Assembly (NCBI GenBank): GCA_041674405.1
Contig: JBAYVT010000003.1
Location: 60,001-92,000, forward strand
Direction of reading: 5' to 3'
From: Patescibacteria group bacterium
GTDB taxonomy: Bacteria > Patescibacteriota > UBA1384 > XYA2-FULL-43-10
Length of the DNA stretch: 32,000 bases
Positions within the stretch are counted from its first letter, which is position 1. Each line of letters begins with the position of its first letter. Below the pieces are notes generated by a model, which searched no databases, was not told the origin of the DNA, and was given only the letters and a program-made list of their open reading frames with translations. Positions 1 to 6,795 of the stretch are shown piece after piece. The position numbers and the translations under genes were made by a program.

Positions 1-1476
1 AGGATTTGGCTGATTTAAAATAAATTTATCCGCAGCATGGATGGTTTCTTTGATTGCCCCATACGAGATTAATGAATTCGTATGGTATTCGATTTGAGGA
101 ACAATATCCTCCAATATTCTAACCATTTCATTTTTATCCGGTTCTTCAATGGTTACCCTGGTAAAACGCTCGACCAAGACGCCATTTGTAGCAAAATATT
201 TATTGTAAGATGAAATATCGCAGGTTCCAACAAAATAAACCCCAGAACCTTCCAAATAAGGAAGGATGACTTCGGATGCATTTACCCTTCCGGCATCTCC
301 AGAAGAAAACAGATTTTGGATATTTTCAATAAACAGAATAATATTGCCCGCTCTTGTGGCTTCATTTAATATCTCTGTCAATCTTTGCGTGATTTCCCCT
401 CCGCTTACAGCACCCGAAAGCAGTGAATCAATATCAAGTTTCAAAACATGTTTATTGGAAAGCGAACCCATCGCTTTCCCCTCATAAACCCTCTTCACAA
501 AACCAAGTGCTGTTGTCTTCTTCCCAACACCAGCTTCTCCAACCAGTAGAACATTGCCTCCAGTTTGTTTGGTAAGCGCTTCTTCCATTGCTTTGATCTC
601 TTTGTCATGACCCACAATATGCAAATTTAATCCGGTTTCGGCGATAGTTCTGGTAAGATCTTGCGAATATTGTTTCAAAAGGACCGCCGCTCCAAATATC
701 CAATCCTTACCTACCCCTCCGGTCAACTTTATATTGTCTGGATTTATAAATTTCTTTTTATAATATTTTTCACGGACTTCGGCAGTTTGCCAGTAAACTA
801 TATTGGCCAAATCTTGAAGTTCAAGCCGATAATCTGACATGAAACGCTGTAATCCTTTGTCCTTTTCACAGAGCGCCACAAAAAGGTCGCCAACCTCAAT
901 TTGGTGATGAGATTCTGCCTGGGCAATTTTTAGGGCGCGTATAACCAACTGCAAAGTATCAGAATCGCCCGATTCTCCTTCCAGATATTCGCCAACTAAA
1001 TCTTTCGAAGTTCCAATTCTTGCAAGAATAAAAATCATATCCGGCGAATTTAATATGGCTTTTGCGATGTCTTTGGAGGTCGCATTATCGGCATATCCCC
1101 TGAGTCCTCGGGACCATGCTTTTGCTAGTTCAAATGAAAATACCCCGAACAAATTGCATTCCCCGCCGTTAGCAATCGCCTCTACAAATTCATTTAATTC
1201 GTATTGTTTCGGATATCTCACACGAACTTTATAAAATGCTACCGCAGTTAAATACAAAATAAACACGCCAATATCCAGCAAAACCCATCCTCTGTACGGA
1301 TCAATTTCGTTAAAATCAAACCAACTCCCAATATCGGCAACTATAGCGGCAGCAGAAATTAAATAGAATATAAAAACAATAAACTTAAAAAAATAATTCG
1401 AAACAAGGGCATCAATCTTGATCGCTTTAGCAATTATTGTGCCATTTTCTTCAATTTTGCAATTTGAATCTTTCAT
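1..1476 (-). CDS. AAA+ Clp-family (ClpA/B/C-like) ATPase with N-terminal membrane anchor; C-terminal part lies beyond the window
   Basis: My own minus-strand translation from ATG at 1476 stays open to base 1 (492 codons). It is absent from the ORF track because no stop lies in the window. There are two hydrophobic helices (FFKFIVFIFYLISAAAIVADIG, WVLLDIGVFILYLTAVAFY) and a Clp_N-like repeat (LQLVIRALKIAQAESHHQIEVGDLFVAL). The Clp D1 region reads YSQDLT..IVGHDKEIKAMEEAL..NVLLVGEAGVGKKT. The start overlaps the upstream stop (TGATG). Confidence 0.8.
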   Translation of the reverse strand, partial: MKDSNCKIEENGTIIAKAIKIDALVSNYFFKFIVFIFYLISAAAIVADIGSWFDFNEIDPYRGWVLLDIGVFILYLTAVAFYKVRVRYPKQYELNEFVEAIANGGECNLFGVFSFELAKAWSRGLRGYADNATSKDIAKAILNSPDMIFILARIGTSKDLVGEYLEGESGDSDTLQLVIRALKIAQAESHHQIEVGDLFVALCEKDKGLQRFMSDYRLELQDLANIVYWQTAEVREKYYKKKFINPDNIKLTGGVGKDWIFGAAVLLKQYSQDLTRTIAETGLNLHIVGHDKEIKAMEEALTKQTGGNVLLVGEAGVGKKTTALGFVKRVYEGKAMGSLSNKHVLKLDIDSLLSGAVSGGEITQRLTEILNEATRAGNIILFIENIQNLFSSGDAGRVNASEVILPYLEGSGVYFVGTCDISSYNKYFATNGVLVERFTRVTIEEPDKNEMVRILEDIVPQIEYHTNSLISYGAIKETIHAADKFILNQPNP

Positions 1477-1859
1477 CAAAATGCCCTGATCCCTCTAATG
1501 ATCAAATATACTGCCAAAACTGGAACCAAGGGCCAGGCGATCACCATAATAATTGACCCGGCTAAAGTAAAAATCGAGGACACTAAATACGAAAAAAGCG
1601 TCATTAATTTAATAATGAAACCAGTAAACCTTGAAGCTAAATTCAGAGTCCAGGCCTTGAATTTTTCCTGTAGAGTAAGGCCCTCATAATTTATAAGGTC
1701 CCGCTTCCACGGAGAAAACAGGGTCGTAATACACACTTTCACCGAAAAAAGATCAAAATTTATAATAAAAAACGCGCGAATGTACTTAAAAAGACGGCCG
1801 TATGCGTACCCATACCACCAAGAAAGATATAGGATCGGTAAACTGGTTGTCCCCTCCAT
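1476..1859 (-). CDS. small hypothetical integral membrane protein, translationally coupled to the Clp-like ATPase
   Basis: 127-aa ORF with hydrophobic N- and C-terminal segments. Its stop shares one base with the downstream ATG. I recognise no family. Confidence 0.5.
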   Translation of the reverse strand: MEGTTSLPILYLSWWYGYAYGRLFKYIRAFFIINFDLFSVKVCITTLFSPWKRDLINYEGLTLQEKFKAWTLNLASRFTGFIIKLMTLFSYLVSSIFTLAGSIIMVIAWPLVPVLAVYLIIRGIRAF

Positions 1860-1893
1860 TCGAATCCTCGTATCAAGTATTGTGCATTAAGCC

Positions 1894-1921
1894 TAATACT
1901 TTATTCTTAATACTTTATTCT
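1894..1921. repeat. perfect tandem duplication of a 14-mer (taatactttattct x2) in the ferredoxin / 127-aa gene spacer
   Basis: Read directly: 1894-1907 and 1908-1921 are identical. Confidence 0.9.
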
Positions 1922-1923
1922 CA

Positions 1924-2160
1924 TTATTCAATCTCTATCGCATCAACTGGGCAATGGTCTGCCGCTTCCTTTGCTTTTTCAAAATCTGAGCACCCTTTTT
2001 TGGGCACTGATTTACCTTGTTCGTTCAGCTCAAAACATTCCGGAGCTAAAGAAATACACGTACCACAACCGATGCATGTATCATCGTCAACCACAATCTT
2101 GGGTTCTTCATTCTTCTTTGCTTTTTCCTCCGCCATAATTTCCTCTCTGTTAACTTCCAA
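1924..2160 (-). CDS. small single-cluster ferredoxin (4Fe-4S type)
   Basis: 78 aa with CIGCGTCISLAPECF ... HCPVDAI, i.e. CxxCxxC plus a distal CP, typical of mono-cluster ferredoxins. Confidence 0.85.
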   Translation of the reverse strand: MEVNREEIMAEEKAKKNEEPKIVVDDDTCIGCGTCISLAPECFELNEQGKSVPKKGCSDFEKAKEAADHCPVDAIEIE

Positions 2161-2230
2161 AACAAGGCTTAAAGCCCACTATTATTGTACGATAATATGT
2201 TCAAAAATAAAAGCAGCCATGCTCTAATCC

Positions 2231-2259
2231 TTGACATTTCATTACAAAACTGCTACAAT
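2231..2259 (+). promoter_or_regulatory. sigma70-type promoter TTGACA-17nt-TACAAT
   Basis: TTGACA is at 2231-2236, followed by an exact 17-nt spacer and TACAAT at 2254-2259. It lies about 55 nt upstream of the ATG at 2315. Confidence 0.6.
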
Positions 2260-2314
2260 GATTTAATCATCAAAAACAATCCGATGAGAAAAACAAAAGT
2301 AATTAGGAGGAAAA

Positions 2315-2449
2315 ATGAGAAAAGAAATTGCGCGCGTTGGCACCGAAGCTGTAGATCTGGATAATCTTAAAGCGATCGAAGCCGTTGCGATGTCAGCAGT
2401 TGCCATCCTTGCCGTTACCTTCGGCACTATCTACGGATCAATGCTTTAA
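2315..2449 (+). CDS. unannotated 44-aa small protein with C-terminal hydrophobic helix
   Basis: The product is MRKEIARVGTEAVDLDNLKAIEAVAMSAVAILAVTFGTIYGSML. AGGAGG at 2305-2310 lies 4 nt before the ATG. A consensus promoter lies upstream and a strong terminator downstream. The ORF is below the 60-aa cutoff of the ORF track. Confidence 0.55.
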   Translation: MRKEIARVGTEAVDLDNLKAIEAVAMSAVAILAVTFGTIYGSML

Positions 2450-2473
2450 ATCAAACTAAAATTTTCATGTAAT

Positions 2474-2503
2474 AAAAAATCCTTGAGAAATCAAGGATTT
2501 TTT
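2474..2503. terminator. bidirectional intrinsic terminator
   Basis: The sequence aaaaaATCCTTGAgaaaTCAAGGATttttt has an 8-bp stem and a GAAA loop, with an A-run on the left and a T-run on the right. It sits between convergent genes. Confidence 0.75.
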
Positions 2504-2522
2504 ATATGGAGATATTCAGAAT

Positions 2523-2771
2523 TTATTTTTTGATAAACCTGTTGATAATTGTAATCTCGTCTTCACCCAAGACCACATTCCCGTCCTCGTCGCGGTTCTT
2601 GATAATCAAAAGTTCTACAAATGTTGAGATAGTAGAGGCCAGAGATGATTTTGCAGCTTCAAGCTGAATTAATATCTCTTTCTCCGGTTTATTTTTATCC
2701 AGCATATCTTCAATGCCGCGGATCTGGCCCTCAATTCTGCGCAAGCGATTAAAAATTGTTTGATAATGCAT
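2523..2771 (-). CDS. CsoR/RcnR/FrmR-family (DUF156) transcriptional repressor, atypical Cys-less member
   Basis: 82 aa. The N-terminal helix NRLRRIEGQIRGIEDML matches the family hallmark (R-I-x-G-Q-hydrophobic-x-x-hydrophobic). The length and three-helix layout fit. The protein contains no Cys. Confidence 0.75.
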   Translation of the reverse strand: MHYQTIFNRLRRIEGQIRGIEDMLDKNKPEKEILIQLEAAKSSLASTISTFVELLIIKNRDEDGNVVLGEDEITIINRFIKK

Positions 2772-2857
2772 GGTCGTTCACTTTATGGACATTACGAACT
2801 TTATAGACTTTCGATTCGCTGCGGGCTTTGTCCACAGCCATACCCCCCTCTTTCCAC

Positions 2858-2880
2858 AATATACCCCCCACCGGTATATT
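2858..2880. promoter_or_regulatory. candidate operator: AT-rich inverted repeat flanking a C/G tract (AATATACC-ccccacc-GGTATATT)
   Basis: Perfect 8-bp inverted repeat with a 7-nt C-rich centre, 87-109 nt upstream of the CsoR-like start. A related half site CCATACCCCCC lies at 2838-2848. The architecture resembles type-1 CsoR/RcnR operators (a G/C tract flanked by AT-rich inverted repeats). Confidence 0.45.
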
Positions 2881-2957
2881 TTACAAGTTAAATAGTGAGG
2901 AAACTCCAAAATCTAGACTCTAAAATGCAACATATTTTAAATATCTTCTATTATTAA

Positions 2958-3405
2958 ACGGAAAACGGCGGTCCACATGGGACCGACCGCCAGTTTTCCC
3001 CTTCATGTTGTAGCTATTCCTGTGTTGACTGCTCTTGAGCCTGATATGCCAGCAATTCCCACCAGAATTCCTTCATCACCTCGTGATGGATGACCTTCAG
3101 AGGCACCCCTCCATTGACTGACAACCACGGACGGCCATCCTTGCGTACCCACACCGATAGTGTCAGATCGCCCGTGATGACAAGACGGAAGCACTGCACC
3201 CCATGGATCGTCGGCTGCTTCCACAAAGGAATCGTCGCCTTCAGAAGCATGGCGACTACTCTGCCCAGACTGTTGTAGGCTCGCAGAGCCATCAGAAAGA
3301 GCAACAAGAAGACAAATGCGGCCAAACCAGCAACCATCGAAGCGAATGCGCTATTCACTTTGAGTACCCCCAGTGTTCGGATTTGTGGGCGGAAACTACA
3401 CCTAG
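2958..3405. other. GC-rich compositional island 1 (about 450 bp, one gene plus terminator)
   Basis: Hand count: line 3121-3180 is 58% GC and flanking line 3421-3480 is 30%. The boundaries are sharp. Confidence 0.7.
3014..3358 (-). CDS. hypothetical membrane-anchored protein encoded in GC-rich island 1
   Basis: 114-aa ORF with a GTG start (GGGGG lies 9 nt upstream; an alternative ATG is 7 codons in). It has an N-terminal TM helix (MVAGLAAFVFLLLFLMAL). A hairpin at 2960-3000 lies downstream. I recognise no family. Other ORFs in the island overlap it in other frames. Confidence 0.45.
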   Translation of the reverse strand: MNSAFASMVAGLAAFVFLLLFLMALRAYNSLGRVVAMLLKATIPLWKQPTIHGVQCFRLVITGDLTLSVWVRKDGRPWLSVNGGVPLKVIHHEVMKEFWWELLAYQAQEQSTQE

Positions 3406-3503
3406 GTAATTTACACTCTCTTAGTGAGAAAAGTCAACAAAAAATGGCAGCCAACAACTATTAACTGCTGTTTATTTTTAAACTTCAGAGTGCTTAAACA
3501 AAT

Positions 3504-4250
3504 TTATCGGATTTCAACCGACTTAACGAAAGGCTTGATAGCGTTTGCCATTTCCCTGAGTTCTTTGTCTAAAAATGGCGCGAGTTTCATTTCTTCGGAG
3601 ATTTGCTTCGTCTTCAAATAATTTTGGATGACGTATTTGTTTGTGCCCTTGATCATTTTGCCAATGCCAATCATATCGTCGATGTTGTGCAATGGTTTGG
3701 CTAGAGTCGTCCGAAATTCATATGAAATGTCAGAGTTCATAATAAGTTTGACTGATTTTTGGACACCAGCTATCAGCTTGCAACTTGCAGCTGGCGGCTT
3801 CTTTGATTTGGAATTTTTTTTGAAATTGGAAATTGGAAATTGGAAATTGGCGACATCTCGATACTTATCAATCGGTGACTTAATATCCATGGCAATATAA
3901 TCGACATCGCCATCCTTGATGATTTTTTCAAGCAGTTCGGGATTTGTGCCATTCGTATCAAGCTTCACTTGAAATCCAAGAGCTTTGATGTGAGATATAA
4001 ATTGCGGCAAGTCATTGTGTATCGTCGGTTCTCCGCCCGTAATGCAGACTCCACCCAGCTTTCCATAGCGAGACTCAAGAAACTCAAAGAAATCTTCTTC
4101 GGGAATCAAGGGGTTAAACTTCTCGGGTAATACCAATTCTGGATTATGGCAATAATGGCACTTAAAATTGCAGCCGCGTGTAAAGACTGTAGCCGCAACT
4201 AACCCCGGGAAATCCACGAGAGTTGTTTTTGCAAGACCAGCAATTTGCAT
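3504..4250 (-). CDS. nrdG: anaerobic ribonucleoside-triphosphate reductase activating protein (radical SAM)
   Basis: Radical SAM motif CNFKCHYCHNP, GGEPT motif, and position immediately downstream of nrdD. Confidence 0.85.
   Translation of the reverse strand: MQIAGLAKTTLVDFPGLVAATVFTRGCNFKCHYCHNPELVLPEKFNPLIPEEDFFEFLESRYGKLGGVCITGGEPTIHNDLPQFISHIKALGFQVKLDTNGTNPELLEKIIKDGDVDYIAMDIKSPIDKYRDVANFQFPISNFKKNSKSKKPPAASCKLIAGVQKSVKLIMNSDISYEFRTTLAKPLHNIDDMIGIGKMIKGTNKYVIQNYLKTKQISEEMKLAPFLDKELREMANAIKPFVKSVEIR
3814..3849. repeat. T8 homopolymer followed by heptamer tandem repeat (GAAATTG)x4 inside the nrdG coding sequence
   Basis: The T-run is 3814-3821. GAAATTG units are at 3822-3828, 3829-3835, 3836-3842 and 3843-3849. 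In gene sense this is (CAATTTC)x4 followed by A8, encoding ANFQFPISNFKKN. Confidence 0.95.
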
Positions 4251-4262
4251 TTTATAAATTCA

Positions 4263-4356
4263 AAACTAATATGTAATAACTAATAACCGAATGAATCATC
4301 CTCATGGTTTTTAGTTTTTCGCCCCGTAGGGGCCCCTTTGGGGTTTTTAGTTATTA
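4263..4356 (+). repeat. structured repeat family, copy A (nrdD-nrdG spacer)
   Basis: The outer helix is AACTAATAACC (4278-4288) pairing with GGTTTTTAGTT (4342-4352). The inner GC core is CGCCCCGTAGGGGCCCCTTTGGGG. It is homologous to the copies at 22476-22812. Confidence 0.8.
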
Positions 4357-4362
4357 AATGTA

Positions 4363-6519
4363 TTAAATTAGCTCTGCTTGTTCTACATTTTCATCCACTA
4401 CTACTTCTTCTTTAGCATCCTTTGTTTTTTTGATCTGAACAGTTTGTCTATCATCAAATTCCGCTCTTTTTCCTTCATTCCATTGTTTAATCGGGCGAAT
4501 ATATCCGACAATTCTGGCATAAACTTCGTTTTCCGAACCGCACTTTTCACATTTCTCCACTCTGCCAGGAATATATCCATCTTTCGGGCAGACAGAAAAC
4601 GTTGGGCTAATCGTAAAATATGGCAACCGGTAATTTTCGCAAATGGTTTTAATTAGATTCTTCATTGCATTTAAGTCCTTGATTTCCTCACCCACAAACA
4701 GATGAACAACGGTTCCACCGGTATATTTGGTCTGTAGTTCATCTTGAAGATCGAGAATTTCAAAAATATCATTCGAATAATCAACTGGAAGCTGTGTAGA
4801 ATTTGAGTAGTAAACTGGCAATCCGAGCTCTTCGTGTTGGGCTTCATTTGCAACCATAATTTCGGGATAAAGCTCTTTATCTATACGCGCCAAACGATGA
4901 GACGTACCTTCGGCAGGAGTAGCTTCAAGATTGTAATTGTTGCCAGTTTCTTGCTGATATCCTGAAATTTTTTCACGCATATAATCCATTACCTCAAGAG
5001 CAAATTTCTGGCCTTCAGCCGTGGCAATGTCGCGACCGAGCAAATTCAAGATTGCCTCATTCATTCCAACCAATCCGATAGTTGAGAAGTGATTCGACCA
5101 ATATTTGCCATCGCGCTTTTTGATATTTCTCAAATAAAACTTCGAATACGGATAAAGACCGGCATTTGTCATTTTCTCAAGCGCAGTCCGCTTCAATTCC
5201 AAACTTTCTTTGGCTAGATCCATAACATAGCTTAGATTATATAGAAATTCCCTCTTGTCACGCGAACGATAGCCAAGCCGAGGCAAGTTGATAGTGACGA
5301 CGCCGATCGAACCAGTAAGAGGATTTGCACCAAAAAGACCGCCGCCTCGCTTCATAAGCTCGCGGTTGTCTAGTCGCAGACGGCAGCACATTGAGCGTGC
5401 GTCTTCCGGTTTCATGTCCGAATTGATGAAGTTAGAAAAATACGGAACGCCGTATTTGGCTGTCATTTTCCACAAGCCTTCGAGTTTCTTATTCTCCCAA
5501 TCAAAGTCTGCTGTGATGTTGTAAGTCGGGATCGGAAAAGTAAAAATCCGTCCCTTAGCATCGCCCTCAGAAACAACCTCGGCAAATACTTCATTGAAAA
5601 GATCCATCTCAGCTTGAAATTCCTTATAGGTTTCCTTTTGCGGCTTGCCTGCAACCATAACCGGCTGATCAGCAAGAGTGGAAGGCACGGTTAAATCGAG
5701 TGTGATGTTTGTGAAGGGTGTCTGAAAGCCAACCCTTGTCGGGACATTCATATTAAACATGAATGATTGCAAATCTTGTTTTAGCTCGGCTCTGCCAATT
5801 TTGTCATAGCGTATGAATGGAGCAAGCAAGGTATCAAAATTTGAAATTGCCTGTGCTCCCGCAGATTCACCCTGTAAGGTAAAAAAGAAATTAACCAGCT
5901 GGCCGAGGGCTGCCCGAAGATGTTTGGCTGGCTTGCATTCGATTTTGCCTTCCACCCCCGAAAAACCGACCGCCAAAAGGTCCTGTAGATCCCAGCCGAC
6001 GCAGTAAACCGAAAGTTTATCGAGGTCATGAACGTGCATATCGCCTTCAGCCGCCGCGCGTTTGATTTCTTCAGGGTACACTTTGCCCAGCCAATAACCT
6101 TTGGAGATTTCTGAAGAAATATAGTTGTTAAGGCCCTGAAGCGAATAAGCCATGTTGGAATTTTCTTTCACCTGCCAGTCCAAATTACCGACATATTGTT
6201 CGACTAGGCCCACTTGTTCTTCAAGAGCTAACGCGCGAAGTTCGGCATGTTTTTGGCGATATATGATATAAGCCTTCGCAGTTTGGCGATATTTTGATGA
6301 CAAGAGCACTTCTTCCACTACATCTTGTATTTCCTCAACGGTGGGAATCTTTCGGCGAATTCTCTCCGGTGCAAGCTCGATTACCTTTTTCGCTAATTTC
6401 TTGGCCGCGTCTTCGCCAAATTCTTCTGTTGCCTTGCCAGCTTTTGCGATTGCGCTCGCAATCTTGGCTTCAGTAAAATCAACGATTTTTCCGTCGCGTT
6501 TTCGAATCTTAGTAAACAT
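4363..6519 (-). CDS. nrdD: anaerobic (class III) ribonucleoside-triphosphate reductase with N-terminal ATP-cone
   Basis: 718 aa. The ATP-cone reads KIRKRDGKIVDFTEAKIASAI. The C-terminal Zn-ribbon reads CPKDGY..CEKCGS. The glycyl-radical motif is ARIVGYIRP. GGAGGG SD is present. Confidence 0.95.
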   Translation of the reverse strand: MFTKIRKRDGKIVDFTEAKIASAIAKAGKATEEFGEDAAKKLAKKVIELAPERIRRKIPTVEEIQDVVEEVLLSSKYRQTAKAYIIYRQKHAELRALALEEQVGLVEQYVGNLDWQVKENSNMAYSLQGLNNYISSEISKGYWLGKVYPEEIKRAAAEGDMHVHDLDKLSVYCVGWDLQDLLAVGFSGVEGKIECKPAKHLRAALGQLVNFFFTLQGESAGAQAISNFDTLLAPFIRYDKIGRAELKQDLQSFMFNMNVPTRVGFQTPFTNITLDLTVPSTLADQPVMVAGKPQKETYKEFQAEMDLFNEVFAEVVSEGDAKGRIFTFPIPTYNITADFDWENKKLEGLWKMTAKYGVPYFSNFINSDMKPEDARSMCCRLRLDNRELMKRGGGLFGANPLTGSIGVVTINLPRLGYRSRDKREFLYNLSYVMDLAKESLELKRTALEKMTNAGLYPYSKFYLRNIKKRDGKYWSNHFSTIGLVGMNEAILNLLGRDIATAEGQKFALEVMDYMREKISGYQQETGNNYNLEATPAEGTSHRLARIDKELYPEIMVANEAQHEELGLPVYYSNSTQLPVDYSNDIFEILDLQDELQTKYTGGTVVHLFVGEEIKDLNAMKNLIKTICENYRLPYFTISPTFSVCPKDGYIPGRVEKCEKCGSENEVYARIVGYIRPIKQWNEGKRAEFDDRQTVQIKKTKDAKEEVVVDENVEQAELI

Positions 6520-6613
6520 CCCTTCGGCCCTCCATTCTAGTGATCAATATATGCAAATTTGTATTCGGTAATTTACAATATACACCCTTTTTGCCATCGT
6601 TCAAAGCCTTAAC

Positions 6614-6629
6614 ATACTACATGTAGTGT
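6614..6629. promoter_or_regulatory. palindromic candidate operator upstream of nrdD (NrdR-box-like)
   Basis: ACTACATGTAGT at 6616-6627 is a perfect 12-bp palindrome. By my recollection, the 16-mer ATACTACATGTAGTGT matches about 13/16 positions of the NrdR box consensus (acaCwAtATaTwGtgt). I found only one box, and no nrdR gene lies in the window. Confidence 0.3.
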
Positions 6630-6757
6630 TTATGCTTAGTTCGGTTTTTGTTTGCTATTGTTTGGCGCTTCTAAATTAGGTTTTTTGATTTTTTTAACAT
6701 AATATGGGTTATTACCGACTGAAAAATTAGCTCGACCATCAATGTATAAGATTTACA

Positions 6758-6786
6758 TTGTAGCCCAACCCCAACGCTGATACAAT
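6758..6786 (+). promoter_or_regulatory. putative promoter TTGTAG-17nt-TACAAT, 9 nt upstream of the sortase ATG (near-leaderless)
   Basis: Hexamers are at 6758-6763 and 6781-6786 with a 17-nt spacer. There is no SD before the ATG at 6796. Confidence 0.4.
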
Positions 6787-6795
6787 CAAAGCGAA

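Noticed and set aside
1802-2227. A 141-aa plus-strand ORF covering the ferredoxin region.
   Set aside because: It is antisense to a clear ferredoxin with an intact Cys motif and has no start signals.
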